A DNA stretch of 64,000 bases from an uncultured delta proteobacterium (GTDB lineage Bacteria > Myxococcota_A > Polyangia > Palsa-1104), in assembly GCA_963785725.1 (NCBI GenBank), contig CAWAWS010000014.1:352001-416000 (forward strand), in the 5' to 3' direction. The notes beneath the pieces are model-generated. The model did not search any database. It was not told where the DNA came from and worked only from the letters and a program-made list of their open reading frames with translations. The translations under genes and the position numbers were made by a program. This document shows, piece after piece, positions 20,540 through 31,831 of the stretch (position 1 is the stretch's first letter; the number at the start of each line of letters is the position of its first letter).

Positions 20540-22906
20540 ATGATCTTCGCAGCAGCCACTCGGTCGCCGATCCAGTTCGGCGCGTACCTGCTCACCGAAT
20601 GTGTCGGGCAGGGCGGCATGGCCGTCGTCTACAAGGCGACGCGTCAGGGCCCGAGCGGCTTCGAGAAGACGGTCGTCGTCAAGGCGATGTTGCCGACGCT
20701 GACGGCGCAAAAAGAGTTCGTGGCCATGTTCTCGGCCGAAGCGCGCTTGATGGCGCAGCTGACCCATCCCAACATCGTGCAAGTCCACGACTTCGGCGTC
20801 GTCGACGGCATTCCCTATCTGGCGATGGAGTATCTGCCGGGGCGCAATCTGTCGCAGCTGCGCGCGGCCGTCGACGCGTCCTGCCTGCGCGTGCCGCTGG
20901 GCGCGGCGCTGGCGATCGTGCGCGAGGTCTGCCACGGGCTCGGCTATGCGCACGACTTCGTCGACTCCGAAGGGCGCAAGCGCCAGATCATCCATCGCGA
21001 CGTCTCGCCGTCGAACGTCATGGTCTGTCGCGACGGCTCGGTCAAGCTGCTCGACTTCGGCGTGGCCAAGATCGTCGGCGAGTTCGACTACGACGTCACC
21101 CAGAGCTTCAAGGGCAAGTACGCCTATATGTCGCCCGAGCAGGTGAACCACAAGCCGATCGATCGGCGCGTGGACGTGTTCGCGGCCGGCGTCGTCTTGC
21201 ACGAGCTGCTCACGGGCAAGCGCCTCTTCGCCGCCGGCACCGAGCTCGAGACGCTGCAGCGCGTGTCGGCCGCCAAAGTGGTCGCGCCGTCGGTGGACAA
21301 TCGCGAAGTGCCGCGCGCGCTCGACGCCATCGTCAAAAAGGCGCTCGCCAAAGATCCGAGTGAGCGTTACATGTCGGGCGCGCAGATGGCCGAGGCGCTC
21401 GACTCGCTCGAGAGCATGATCTGGCCGCGCAAACGCTTGGCCGCGTGGCTCAATGAGCTGTTCGCGCGCGACTGGACCGTCACCTGCGACGTCTGCGGCA
21501 AGTCGGTGCTGGCCGGCGGCGAGTGCGGCGAATGCGGCACGGCGGCACCCGATGGCGCGTCGTCGCCGAGCGTGGTCTCGGCGTCGCCGGTCGTGAACGA
21601 GGCGCAGGCGGCGCTGGCGCCGATCTTCTCGAGCGTCAATACCGAGCGCAACGTCGTGGGCTCGCAGACGATCGAGAGCGCGGTGCCGACGGAAGCGCCC
21701 GACGAGCCGTTGCCGCTGCCGCCGCTGCCGCTGTCGCACTCGAAGAAGTCGCGCGCGCAGTTGTCGGTCGTGCGCACGCCGCTGCCGCCGCCGCTCGTCG
21801 AGCCCGACACCGCCGAAATGCAGGCGCCGACGTCGGGCGAGATCGAGATGCCGGGCGTCGATCTGTTCTCGGCGCCGAAGCTGTTCGTCGTTCCCGAGCA
21901 GAAGCCGGCGGGCAAGTCGTCGCCCAAGCGCGCCGCGCTCTCGCCGCGCATGCACCAGGCGTCGCCGACGCCGGAGCCGCCGCCGACGCTCGTCGATCGC
22001 AAGCCGGCGACGCCGGCGCCCGCGACGACGCCGGCGCACAAGGCGAAGACGGCGACGAAGCCGACGCCGAAGACGATGCCGGCGGTGCACGCGCCGGTCA
22101 GCGGCATCGAGCCGACGCTGCCGGCGCCGCCCAGCGACTACTTGGCCGAGACAGAGGAGGCGACGGCGCTGCGCGGCAAGCCGAATGCGCCGCAGCCGAT
22201 GACGCCGCGTGGGTTCGCGCCGCCGCAGCCCACCGATCCGCACGCGATCTTTGGCCGCAACGAAGCGCCGGAGCTGTCGCCGCTGCAGCCGCAGCTCGAC
22301 GCGTCCGACGCGGCGCCGATCGCGCCGGTGCCGGCGTGGGCGCCGCTGATGAATCCGAAGCCGGCGTGGCCGTCGCCGAGCCCGCTGGCGACGTCGGAGC
22401 CGTTCGGTTTTCCGCCGGCGGTGCTGCGTGCGCCGTCGCCGGGCAGCTTCTCGATGTCGACGTCGGAGCTGCCGCGCGTGCCGTCGCGCGGTCGTTTCGC
22501 CATCGCGACATTGCTGGTGGCGGCGGCGGTGACGGCGGTGTTCGCCTGGGTGCTGTCGTCGCAGCCGCGCTCGTCGCTGGAGACGCCGGTGGTCGCCGAG
22601 GCGCCGGCCGCGGTCGCGCCGGCGGCGCCGGTCGCCAGCGCGCCCACTCCGGTCGCCAACGTGGCCGCCGTCGTGGCGCCGGCGCCGGCGTTCGGCACCG
22701 GCGGCAATCAGGCCAAGCCGGCCCCGACGAGCGTGTCGGCCGTCGACGCCGCGACCGCCGCCGCGCTCGCGCCGACCGCGAGCAAGCCGGCGCGCCGCCA
22801 TTCGACCGCTGCCACGACGACGCGCACGCATGCGTCCTCGCCGGCGACGCCCGATCGCACCGTCAGCGAGGGTCGCATCGTCGATCCGTTCGCGAGCATG
22901 AAATGA
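20540..22906 (+). CDS. Membrane Ser/Thr protein kinase with CxxC-CxxC knuckle, Pro-rich linker and one TM
   Basis: GQGGMAVVY, VVK, HRDVSPSN, DFGVAK, GKYAYMSPEQ; CDVCGKSVLAGGECGECG; ends IVDPFASMK. Confidence 0.92.
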   Translation: MIFAAATRSPIQFGAYLLTECVGQGGMAVVYKATRQGPSGFEKTVVVKAMLPTLTAQKEFVAMFSAEARLMAQLTHPNIVQVHDFGVVDGIPYLAMEYLPGRNLSQLRAAVDASCLRVPLGAALAIVREVCHGLGYAHDFVDSEGRKRQIIHRDVSPSNVMVCRDGSVKLLDFGVAKIVGEFDYDVTQSFKGKYAYMSPEQVNHKPIDRRVDVFAAGVVLHELLTGKRLFAAGTELETLQRVSAAKVVAPSVDNREVPRALDAIVKKALAKDPSERYMSGAQMAEALDSLESMIWPRKRLAAWLNELFARDWTVTCDVCGKSVLAGGECGECGTAAPDGASSPSVVSASPVVNEAQAALAPIFSSVNTERNVVGSQTIESAVPTEAPDEPLPLPPLPLSHSKKSRAQLSVVRTPLPPPLVEPDTAEMQAPTSGEIEMPGVDLFSAPKLFVVPEQKPAGKSSPKRAALSPRMHQASPTPEPPPTLVDRKPATPAPATTPAHKAKTATKPTPKTMPAVHAPVSGIEPTLPAPPSDYLAETEEATALRGKPNAPQPMTPRGFAPPQPTDPHAIFGRNEAPELSPLQPQLDASDAAPIAPVPAWAPLMNPKPAWPSPSPLATSEPFGFPPAVLRAPSPGSFSMSTSELPRVPSRGRFAIATLLVAAAVTAVFAWVLSSQPRSSLETPVVAEAPAAVAPAAPVASAPTPVANVAAVVAPAPAFGTGGNQAKPAPTSVSAVDAATAAALAPTASKPARRHSTAATTTRTHASSPATPDRTVSEGRIVDPFASMK

Positions 22907-23586
22907 TCACGCGCTGCCTCGTCGCCGCTCTCGTGTTCTTCGGGCTCGCCGCCGGCACGGCGCACGCCGCCGACAAGCGCGTCGCCGCCGCGCATTTCCA
23001 GCACGGACGCACGCTCTTCGAGTCCGGCAGCTACGCCGCCGCGCTCGAGGAGTTCGACGCCGGTTACGACGCCTATCCGCTGCCCGGCTTCCTCGTCAAC
23101 ATCGGCCAATGTCAGCGCAAGCTCGACCGGCTCGATGACGCCGTCACCTCGTTCCAGAAGTTCCTCGACTCGAGCACCGGCGACGCGCGCTTGCGCTCCG
23201 AAGTGCAAGAGGCGCTCGACGAGATCAGCACCGAACGTGCGCGCCGGCAGGCAATCGAAGACGAGGCGCGCCATCAGCGTGACCTGGCCGAGCGCCGCCA
23301 TCCCATCGACGACGAGGCGCCGCCGTCGCGCGTCGTCAGCGCGCCGCCGCCGGTGCTGGCCGTCGCGCCGTCAGCCGCCGGCGTCGCCGTGCCGGCAGCG
23401 GCGCTGGAAGCCACGCCGCCACTCGCCGTCACCGCCGACAAGCCCAAGAGCCATCGTTGGGTGTGGGCCGTCGTCGGTGTGCTCGCCGCCGGCGCCGTCG
23501 CGTCGGCCGCCGCCGTCGCCTATGTCGAGCTCCGCCCGCACGCGCCGCAAGCCGGCTCGCTCGGCCTGCTCGACGGACGCAGGTGA
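22903..23586 (+). CDS. Secreted TPR protein with C-terminal hydrophobic anchor
   Basis: ATG 22903 overlaps the kinase stop; signal peptide MITRCLVAALV...AHA; TPR helices (HFQHGRTLF...LVNIGQCQRKL); WVWAVVGVL anchor. Confidence 0.85.
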   Translation: MITRCLVAALVFFGLAAGTAHAADKRVAAAHFQHGRTLFESGSYAAALEEFDAGYDAYPLPGFLVNIGQCQRKLDRLDDAVTSFQKFLDSSTGDARLRSEVQEALDEISTERARRQAIEDEARHQRDLAERRHPIDDEAPPSRVVSAPPPVLAVAPSAAGVAVPAAALEATPPLAVTADKPKSHRWVWAVVGVLAAGAVASAAAVAYVELRPHAPQAGSLGLLDGRR

Positions 23587-25194
23587 TGAGACGCGTCGCG
23601 CCGGCGTTGGCGCTCGTCGCGCTCGCCGGCTGCGGCGGCGGTCCGACGACGGTCCTCATGTCGGTGGCCGCGCCCAGCGGCATGACCGCCGACACGATCG
23701 CGATCACCGTGTTCGATCGCAACGGCGTCGTCATCGACAATCGCGGCCTCGGCTCGAGCGCCAAGCTGCCCGGCAGTGTCCTCGTGCTCATGTCGCCCGA
23801 CGCCGGCGTGGCCCGCGCGCTCGTCATGGCCACTTCGGGCGGCATGTTCGTCGGCGAAGCGATCGGCACGGTGCCGGTGTTGCCGAGCGAAAAAGGCCTG
23901 CTCACGCTGCTCTTGTCGACGACGCCGCTGCCCGATGCCGACGGCGACGGCGTGCCCGACACCATCGACAACTGCCCGACGCGTGCCCAACCCCGATCAG
24001 CAGTCGACCTACGGCAGCTCGCTCGGCGACGCCTGTAACGGCAGCAGCGACGGCGCCGCCGGCGGGCATCATGGCGGCGACGCCGGCGCCGGACCGGTCG
24101 ATCTCGGCATGCCCACGTCCGATCTCGGCAGCGACGGCGGGGTCGTCGTGTCCGCGCCGCGCTGTGGCGACGGCACCGTCGACAGCGGCGAGCAGTGCGA
24201 CACCGGCGCCGCCAACAGCGACGATCCGGCGTCGACGACGGCGACCTGCACGTCGCAGTGCCGCCATCGCGCCACCTGCGGCAGCGTCGCCGGCGCGCTC
24301 GGCGCCAAGATCGATCCCGCGAGCGGCCACTGCTACGTCTACTGGCGCGGCCCGCTCGACTTCGCGCTCGCACAACGCGACTGCCAACAGCGCGGCGGCA
24401 CGCTCGCCGTCGTCACGTCCGCCGCCGAGAACACGCTCGTGCAAGGGCTCGTCGGCCCGACGTCGTCGGCCTGGATCGGCCTCGAGATCACGCCCGGCGC
24501 GGCGACGACCTACCGCTGGGTCGACGGCGAGCCCGTGGCCTACACCGCGTTCGCGCCCGGCAAGCCCGACGACGGCGCCGGCACCGGCGTTCCCGAGGAG
24601 TGCGGCGCCGTGACGCCGCTCGGCTGGGACGACGACGCGTGCGGCTTCCCGGCCACCGGCGACTTGCCGCCGTCGAAGCTGTTCACGCTGCCGTACGTGT
24701 GCGAGAGCGGCTGCGGCAACGGCGTCGTCGAGCCCGGCGAAACCTGCGATCCGCCCAACAGCACGACCTGCACCAACAGCTGCCAGACCAAGCTCGCCTG
24801 CACCGAAGCCGGCGCCTACAGCTCGCCCATCAACGGCCACTGCTACCTCGAGGTCGACAACAGCGTCGACTACGCGACCGCGCGCAAAGCTTGCCCGGCC
24901 GGCACGCACCTGGCCACGCTCGGCGATCAGTCGGAGTCGGAGGCGGCGCAGCTCGCCATCAGCGCCACCTATCCCGATGCGTGGATCTCCTTACGCGCGC
25001 CGACCGACGTCACGCAGTTCGCGTGGGACGACTTGTCGGCCGAGCCGTTCTTGTCGCGGCGCTTTCACGGCTTTCTGCTGACCGAGCCCAACAATCAGAA
25101 TCCGCCGGCCTGCGGTCGCGTCTCGTTCCTCGCCGGCTGGAGAGACAAAGACTGCACCGGGACCAACTACGCGACGTTGTGCGAGCGCGAATAG
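23586..25194 (+). CDS. Lipoprotein with TSP3-like repeat, Myxococcus Cys-rich repeats and two C-type lectin domains (+1 indel near 23982)
   Basis: Lipobox LAGC; DADGDGVPDTIDNCP; CGDGTVDSGEQCD and CGNGVVEPGETCD; CTLD motifs HCY, WIGL, WDDDAC, YVCE. Confidence 0.85.
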
Positions 25195-25199
25195 CGCCG

Positions 25200-26669
25200 T
25201 CACTCTTTGTCGCGCAGGCCGAACTCTTTCATCTTGTTCTGCAGGCTTTTGCGGCTGATTTTCAGCTTTCGCGCCGCTTGCGTGACGTTGCCGCCGGTCT
25301 CTTCCAGGGCGCGCACGATGAGCTCGCGCTCGACGCGCTCGGTCTCCTGGCGAACGATCTCCTTCAGCGACGACGCGCGCGCCGGCACGCTGGGGCCGGC
25401 GGCGCTGGCCGTCGTTTGCGGCGGCGGCGTCGGCGTCGGTGTAGGCGCCGCGGTCGTCGCGGCGGCGGCCGTGGCCACGGTCGGCGCCGCGTGACCGACG
25501 ATCTCGGGCGGCAAGTCGCTGGCGTGAATCGTCGGCCCTTCGCTGAACAAGATCGTTCGCTCGAGCACGTTCTCCAGCTCGCGAATGTTGCCGGGCCAGG
25601 CGTGCGCCGTCAGCCGCGCCAACGCTTCGTCGTCGACGCTCACGACCTGCTTCTTGAGCCGCTCGTTGAAGCGCGCGATGAAGTGCTCGACCAGCAGCGG
25701 AATGTCGGCCGTGCGCTCGCGCAGCGGCGGCAAGTGCACCGGCACGACGTTCAAGCGATAGAACAAATCCTCACGAAAAGCGCCCGACTGCACCTCTTTT
25801 TGCAGATCGCGATTGGTGGCCGCCACCAGGCGCACGTCCACTTTCAGCGTCTTGATGCCGCCGACGCGCTCGAACTCGGACTCTTGCAGCACGCGCAGCA
25901 GCTTGACCTGCATCTCGACCGGGATCTCGCCGATCTCGTCGAGGAAGAGCGTGCCGCCGTCGGCCAATTCGAAGCGGCCCGGCTTCGATCCGACGGCGCC
26001 GGTGAAGGCGCCTTTGTCGTAACCGAATAATTCGGACTCCATCAAAGTCTTAGGAATGGCCGCGCAGTTGATCTTGATGAACGGCCCTTGGCGACGCGAC
26101 GAATGAGCATGCAGCGCCCGCGAAATCAGCTCTTTACCCGTCCCCGACTCGCCCGAGATGAGGACGGTCGACGGCGTATCGGCCACTTTCTCGATCACCG
26201 CGAACACCGCTTCCAGCGACGCCGAGCGGCCGATCAAGCCGAAACGGCCGGCCGGCGACGTCGTCTGCTGCACGCGCGGCGCCCGCTTGTCGAGCTCGTG
26301 CGTGCGAATCGCCTTGGCCACGACCTGCTGAATCTGCAGCTGCTCGAACGGCTTCTCGATGTAGTCGAAGGCGCCCAGCTTGACCGCCTCGACCGCCGAA
26401 TCGACCGAGCCGTGCGCCGTGATCATGACGACCGGCACGTCGGGATGCTCGGCGACGACGCGGCGCAGAAGGCCCATCCCGTCGAGCCGCGGCATGCGCA
26501 AGTCGGTGATGACCGCGGCGATGCCGGGGTTGGCGGCCACGAGCGCGAGCGCCTCTTCGCCGTCGCGGGCTTCGAGGACTTCATAGCCGTCACGTTGCAG
26601 GATCGCGCCCAATACTTTGCGCAGATTCAGCTCGTCGTCGGCGAGCACGATGCGAGGGCGAGCGCCCAT
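25200..26669 (-). CDS. Sigma-54-dependent response regulator (NtrC family: REC-AAA-HTH)
   Basis: [43 protein letters not shown], Fis-type HTH. Confidence 0.96.
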   Translation of the reverse strand: MGARPRIVLADDELNLRKVLGAILQRDGYEVLEARDGEEALALVAANPGIAAVITDLRMPRLDGMGLLRRVVAEHPDVPVVMITAHGSVDSAVEAVKLGAFDYIEKPFEQLQIQQVVAKAIRTHELDKRAPRVQQTTSPAGRFGLIGRSASLEAVFAVIEKVADTPSTVLISGESGTGKELISRALHAHSSRRQGPFIKINCAAIPKTLMESELFGYDKGAFTGAVGSKPGRFELADGGTLFLDEIGEIPVEMQVKLLRVLQESEFERVGGIKTLKVDVRLVAATNRDLQKEVQSGAFREDLFYRLNVVPVHLPPLRERTADIPLLVEHFIARFNERLKKQVVSVDDEALARLTAHAWPGNIRELENVLERTILFSEGPTIHASDLPPEIVGHAAPTVATAAAATTAAPTPTPTPPPQTTASAAGPSVPARASSLKEIVRQETERVERELIVRALEETGGNVTQAARKLKISRKSLQNKMKEFGLRDKE

Positions 26670-26788
26670 GAACGTGCGACGCTAGCACACATGGACCCGG
26701 CTGCACGCGCGAGTTCTTCTCTATGTGATCGCTGCAGCTTGATCGATCAACCAATAGGCCGATATCATCCGCTCGAGGAGCTTATTCA

Positions 26789-28180
26789 ATGCGCGGTATT
26801 TTAGTCTTCGCAGCACTTTCCTGTTTCACCGCCGTAGGTTGCGGCGACGACGACACCGGTGGCTCGAGCAAGGACATGTCCCATCCGCTCGATCTCGCGT
26901 CGCAGCCGCCCGATTTGTCGACGCAGGACCTGAGCGGCACGGCCGACATGCCGATCGCCGGCGTCACGTGGGCCAAGTTCTCGCTCGATTTCGCGCAGGC
27001 GCGCTGCCAGCACTTCCTGAGCTGCGGGCAGGTCGACGCGGCGCAGATGAACACCTGCATCACGCAGAACCTGCAGCTCACGGGCTGGGACGTCGACACC
27101 GAGATCGCCAAAGGTCGCGTGGTCATCAACGAGACGCAGTGCATCCAGGCGGTGAACGCCTCGCGCTGCGACGGCAGCGACAGCGGGGAGTGGCAGCTGC
27201 GCTGCTCGACGCTCCTCTATGAGCCGATGCAGGCGAACGCGGCGACCTGCCTCTCGGGCGTCGAGTGCACGAGCACGTATTGCGCGCACAGCAACAACAG
27301 CGCCGGCACGGCGCCGCAACCGGACGGCTGCCCCGGCATGTGCGCGACCATCAAGGCGCCCGGCGCCGCCTGCCAGACCGACGAGCAGTGCGGCGTCGAC
27401 GCGTACTGCGACAGCGGGGCGACGAACGTCTGCATCGCCTATCTCGTCGCCGGCGACGCCTGCGGCACCGGCGTTCCCTGCCATCCGGGCACGACGTATT
27501 GCCCGATCTTCGGCACGCAGACCTGCCAGGCGCCGGTGACCTCGGGCGCGCAAGGCGACGCCTGCGATCTGCTGCAGGCGATCTCGAGCGTGCCGCCGTG
27601 CCAGGCTGGGCTGTTCTGCAAGGTGAACGACACGGCCAACGGCGCCAGCTGCCAACCCAAGATCGCGGCCGGCCAGCCGTGCAACGGCAACGCCACGCTC
27701 TCCGCCGACGGCCTCGACGGCCTCGACGACCAGTGCGTCGACGGCACCGCCTGCTTCAGCTTCGACCAGGACAACGCCAACAGCGCCGGCACCTGCGTCC
27801 CGTTGGGCGGGCTCGGCGACCAGTGCAAGCTGCTCACCGCGACCCACGGCTCGTGCAAGATCGGCTTCTTCTGCCAGGCGCCTACCGGCAACTTGGTCGG
27901 CACCTGCGTCGCGCTGCTTCCCGATGGCCAGTCGTGCGCACAAAACGACGTGTGCGCGGCCTACTCGGATGTCTTGCCGACCGTCTGCATCGCCGACAAC
28001 GCCGATGCCGGCACCGCCACGACCTGCCAGTCGGCCAAGAGCTTCGGCGACAGCTGCGTGCCCGGCTTCCAAGACGCGCTCTGCTGGCCGGCCGCCGACC
28101 CGACGCCGACGGTGCCGCAGAGCAGCAAGTGCACGCCGACCAGCAACGGCAACGGCGTCTGCGCCCCGATCTGCAACTGA
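26789..28180 (+). CDS. Large Cys-rich lipoprotein
   Basis: GAGGAG SD; lipobox AVGC; densely repeated GxxC...C...C modules over 463 aa. Confidence 0.85.
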   Translation: MRGILVFAALSCFTAVGCGDDDTGGSSKDMSHPLDLASQPPDLSTQDLSGTADMPIAGVTWAKFSLDFAQARCQHFLSCGQVDAAQMNTCITQNLQLTGWDVDTEIAKGRVVINETQCIQAVNASRCDGSDSGEWQLRCSTLLYEPMQANAATCLSGVECTSTYCAHSNNSAGTAPQPDGCPGMCATIKAPGAACQTDEQCGVDAYCDSGATNVCIAYLVAGDACGTGVPCHPGTTYCPIFGTQTCQAPVTSGAQGDACDLLQAISSVPPCQAGLFCKVNDTANGASCQPKIAAGQPCNGNATLSADGLDGLDDQCVDGTACFSFDQDNANSAGTCVPLGGLGDQCKLLTATHGSCKIGFFCQAPTGNLVGTCVALLPDGQSCAQNDVCAAYSDVLPTVCIADNADAGTATTCQSAKSFGDSCVPGFQDALCWPAADPTPTVPQSSKCTPTSNGNGVCAPICN

Positions 28181-28215
28181 TTCAGCCGCCTTCCGACCTC
28201 GACTAATTCCCTCGA

Positions 28216-30360
28216 CTACGACGCGGCGAGCGCTGGGCTCGCCGCGGCCTCGTCGTGCACCGGCAGCACCACGGTGAAGGTCGAGCCGACATTGACGCGG
28301 CTGCGCACCTCGATCGTGCCGCCGTGGTTCTCGACGATGCGCTGGCTGATCGGCAGGCCGAGCCCGGTGCCTTTGTCCTTCGTCGTGTAAAACGGGATGA
28401 ACAGGTTCTTAAGCTCCGACGCGACGATTCCCACGCCGGTATCGCGGAAGCGCACTTCCAGGAACTGCGCCGGGCCGCCGCGTCGCCCGCCTTTGCGCAG
28501 CGCCGTCGAGATCGTCAGCTTGCCGCCGGTCGGCATCGCCTGCACCGCGTTGATCGCCAGGTTCAAGAACACCTGACGCAGCTGCTCGGCGTCGGCGCGG
28601 GCGCGCGGCAGCTCGTCGGCGAGCTGCAAGCTGACCTCGACCGGCGGCGGCGGCGTCTCGGCCGTGTCACCGGGCGCCTGCGGCAGCGGCGGCGGCGTCA
28701 CCAGCTGCGCCGACTTGCGCACCACTTCGTTGACGTCGAGCGGCTGCGGCTCACCGCGATAAGGCCGCGCGTAATCCAAGAACTGCGACACGACGCGATT
28801 GAGCCGATTGGCCTCCTCGACGATGATCCCGAGAAACTCGCGCGCTTCGGCGGGCACGCCGTGGCCGTCGTCGCTCGTCGGCGTCAAGAGCTGCGCCGCG
28901 CCTTTGATGGCGCCGAGCGGATTGCGGATCTCGTGCGCGAGACCCGCCGCCATCTCGCCCAGCGCCGCCAAACGATCGCGCTCTTTCATGCGCTCGTAGA
29001 GCTTCGAGTTCTGCATCGTGATCGCCATCTGCGCCGCGACGCCGCGAAAGAGATCGATCTCGTCCGTCGCATACGCTTCGCGCACGCGCTCGTCCTTCAA
29101 GCACAAAAGCCCGATGACTTGGTCGTCGGCGACGATGGGAATGCAGAGCGCCGCGTTCATTTCGTCGAGCGTGCGGGCGATGGCGTCGATCATCTCCGTC
29201 TCGGCGCCGGGCCCGTTGGCGCGCACGGTGTGCTCGCGCTCGAGCTGCTCCATCGACACGACCGTGCCGCGCGTGGCGTTGATGCGCTCGAAGAACGGGC
29301 GGCGCGCCGCGGCGTCGATGCGCTCGACCGGTCGCGGCCCGAGATGGCCGTGCAGCTCGTAACCGCCGCCGTCGGCGTCGACGAGATAGAGCGCCGCGTG
29401 CGTCACGCGCCGCGACTCCTCCAGCGACGAGATCGTGATGCGCACCGCCTCTTTGAGGTCGATGACGTTGGTCAAGACGTGGCGCAAGGCATCGACGCGC
29501 GCCTTGAGCTCGTATTTCTCGCGAAACATCCACTTTTGCACCTGGCCTTCGACGGCCGTGCGCAGCGGATCGAACAAGATGAGGATGACGAACGAGGCCA
29601 CCAGCGTGTTGAAGAAGAAGACGCCCGACTGATCGGCGGGAATCCAGGCCACGAGCAGCCCATAAATCGCCGCCAAAATCAGCACGAACGTGGAGATGAC
29701 GACCATGCGGCCGAGCAGCTCCGTCAAGTCGAGTAGGCGATAGCGAAACAGCGTCTGCGAGATGAAGTAGAGGTAGACGATCGTCAACACGTTGCCGAGC
29801 GCCGGAAACGGCACGCCGAGGCGCGGCAGGAAGTCGGCGGCGGCGAACCCGATGGCCGCGACGCCGCCGATGAGCAGGTATTTGATGCGGGTCTTCTCGA
29901 CGCGCGTCAGGGTCCGCCGGTATTTCCCGTACAGCTCCAGCATCGAGGCGTAGAGCCCGCCGAAGACATAGAGGCCGAGCGCGAGCGTGAACGTGGCCGC
30001 GTGATGCACGCGATAGCGACGGAAGGCGATGGCGTAGCCGATGGCGACGAGGAAGCCGACGGCGCAGGCGATGAGCGGACGCGGCGTGACCGGGCCGCGG
30101 CCTTCTTCGGCCAAGAACACGCGAAAAAAGCGGATCGAGGCGACGGGAATGGCGACGGCGGCGACGAGCGAGACGAAATAGACGGCGTCCCACTCGAGCG
30201 TGGCCTGTAGGAACGTCGTGATGTGCCAGAGACAGAGGACGAAACAAAAGACGGCGAAGAGCCGATACGTACGCTGGCGCCGGTCGCGCAGCACCACCGA
30301 CGAGCCGATCGCGAAGCTCACGATGGCCGCGAGCAGCGCCGAAAGCGACTGGATGTTCAC
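28216..30360 (-). CDS. Sensor histidine kinase (multi-TM, GAF, HisKA, HATPase)
   Basis: N-terminal TM bundle, GAF-like region, AHEIRNPL, QVFLNLAINA, DTGVG, GTGLGL. Confidence 0.95.
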   Translation of the reverse strand: MNIQSLSALLAAIVSFAIGSSVVLRDRRQRTYRLFAVFCFVLCLWHITTFLQATLEWDAVYFVSLVAAVAIPVASIRFFRVFLAEEGRGPVTPRPLIACAVGFLVAIGYAIAFRRYRVHHAATFTLALGLYVFGGLYASMLELYGKYRRTLTRVEKTRIKYLLIGGVAAIGFAAADFLPRLGVPFPALGNVLTIVYLYFISQTLFRYRLLDLTELLGRMVVISTFVLILAAIYGLLVAWIPADQSGVFFFNTLVASFVILILFDPLRTAVEGQVQKWMFREKYELKARVDALRHVLTNVIDLKEAVRITISSLEESRRVTHAALYLVDADGGGYELHGHLGPRPVERIDAAARRPFFERINATRGTVVSMEQLEREHTVRANGPGAETEMIDAIARTLDEMNAALCIPIVADDQVIGLLCLKDERVREAYATDEIDLFRGVAAQMAITMQNSKLYERMKERDRLAALGEMAAGLAHEIRNPLGAIKGAAQLLTPTSDDGHGVPAEAREFLGIIVEEANRLNRVVSQFLDYARPYRGEPQPLDVNEVVRKSAQLVTPPPLPQAPGDTAETPPPPVEVSLQLADELPRARADAEQLRQVFLNLAINAVQAMPTGGKLTISTALRKGGRRGGPAQFLEVRFRDTGVGIVASELKNLFIPFYTTKDKGTGLGLPISQRIVENHGGTIEVRSRVNVGSTFTVVLPVHDEAAASPALAAS

Positions 30361-30403
30361 AGGTAAATCATAGCATCGCCCTATTCACAGGTTATAATGA
30401 TGG

Positions 30404-31831
30404 GTGAGCATGCAACCGCCCGCCGACCTGAACGCGGCGCTACGGCAACTGCCCAAGGTGGATGAGGTGCTCGCTTCGCCGTCGCTGCGCGATCTGCTGG
30501 AGCGGGCTCCTCGTTGGGCGGTGGTGACGGCAGTGCGCGGCCGGATCGAGAAAATGCGCGAGCAGTTCCGCGCCGATATCGCGGCGACGCGGCAAATTGC
30601 CGGCGAAATCGCGGTGAACCCGGCCGAGGTCGCGGCCGACGTCGCGGCGCTGCTGGCGCCGTCGCTGCAGCCGGTCATCAACGCGACGGGCGTGGTGCTG
30701 CATACGAACTTGGGGCGCGCGCCGCTGGCCGAGCGCGCCGTGCAGCGCGTCGTCGACGTGGCGCGCGGCTATTGCAACTTGGAGTATCAGCTCGACGAGC
30801 GGCGGCGCGGCTCGCGGCACGATCATGTCGCGGCGCTGTTGGCGGCGTTGACCGGCGCCGAAGACGCGCTCGTCGTCAACAACTGCGCCGGCGCCGTCTT
30901 GTTGGCGCTGTCGCAGCTGGCGGGCACCTCCTCGCGAGCGCGCGGCGTCGTCGTGTCGCGCGGCGAGCTCGTCGAGATCGGCGGCTCGTTCCGCGTGCCC
31001 GACGTCATGCGCGCGTCCGGCGCCACGCTCGTCGAAGTGGGCACGACCAATCGCACCCACGCGCGCGACTACGAAGGCGCGATCGTCGACGGCGAGACGG
31101 CGCTGCTCTTGAAGGTCCACCGCTCGAACTTCGCCATCGTCGGCTTCACGCACGAGGTGTCGACGGCCGAGCTGGCGACGATCGGACGCGCGCGCAACCT
31201 GCCCGTGATGGTCGACTTGGGCTCGGGCGCGCTCGCCGACCTGCGCGCGGTGACCGACGCCGACGAGCCGCGCGTGCAAGCGGTCGTCGCCGCCGGCGCC
31301 GATGTCGTCACCTTCAGCGGCGACAAGCTGCTCGGCGGTCCGCAAGCGGGCATCCTCGTCGGCAAGCGCACGCACGTGCAGGCCATGCGGTCGCATCCGC
31401 TGCTGCGCGCGCTGCGGCCCGATAAGCTGACGCTCGCGGCGCTGGAGGCGACGCTCGAGCTCTATCGCGACGGCCACAGCCACGAGATCCCGACGCTGGC
31501 GATGCTGGCGACGCCCGAGCCGACGCTGCAAGCGCGCGCCGAGACGCTGGCCGCGTTATGCGTGAAGGCGGCGCCGGCGTTGACGTTCACGCCGGCGCGC
31601 GTGCGCTCGGCCGTTGGCGGCGGCGCGCTGCCGACGGTGGAGCCATGGTCGTGGGCGGTCGCCGTCAGCTCCGCAGACGTCTCCGCCGACACGCTCGATG
31701 CTCGTTTACGCGCGGCGAATCCGCCGATCGTCGGCCGAATCGCCGCCGATCGCTTATTGCTCGATGTCAGAACCGTGGGGGATGCACACTTGCCCGTCGT
31801 GGCGCGGGCGTTCGAGGCCAACCTTGGTTAA
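30404..31831 (+). CDS. selA: L-seryl-tRNA(Sec) selenium transferase
   Basis: VINATGVVLHTNLGRAPL, VNNCAGA, SRGELVEIGGSFR, EVGTTNRTH, DLGSG, FSGDKLLGGPQAG. Confidence 0.96.
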   Translation: MSMQPPADLNAALRQLPKVDEVLASPSLRDLLERAPRWAVVTAVRGRIEKMREQFRADIAATRQIAGEIAVNPAEVAADVAALLAPSLQPVINATGVVLHTNLGRAPLAERAVQRVVDVARGYCNLEYQLDERRRGSRHDHVAALLAALTGAEDALVVNNCAGAVLLALSQLAGTSSRARGVVVSRGELVEIGGSFRVPDVMRASGATLVEVGTTNRTHARDYEGAIVDGETALLLKVHRSNFAIVGFTHEVSTAELATIGRARNLPVMVDLGSGALADLRAVTDADEPRVQAVVAAGADVVTFSGDKLLGGPQAGILVGKRTHVQAMRSHPLLRALRPDKLTLAALEATLELYRDGHSHEIPTLAMLATPEPTLQARAETLAALCVKAAPALTFTPARVRSAVGGGALPTVEPWSWAVAVSSADVSADTLDARLRAANPPIVGRIAADRLLLDVRTVGDAHLPVVARAFEANLG

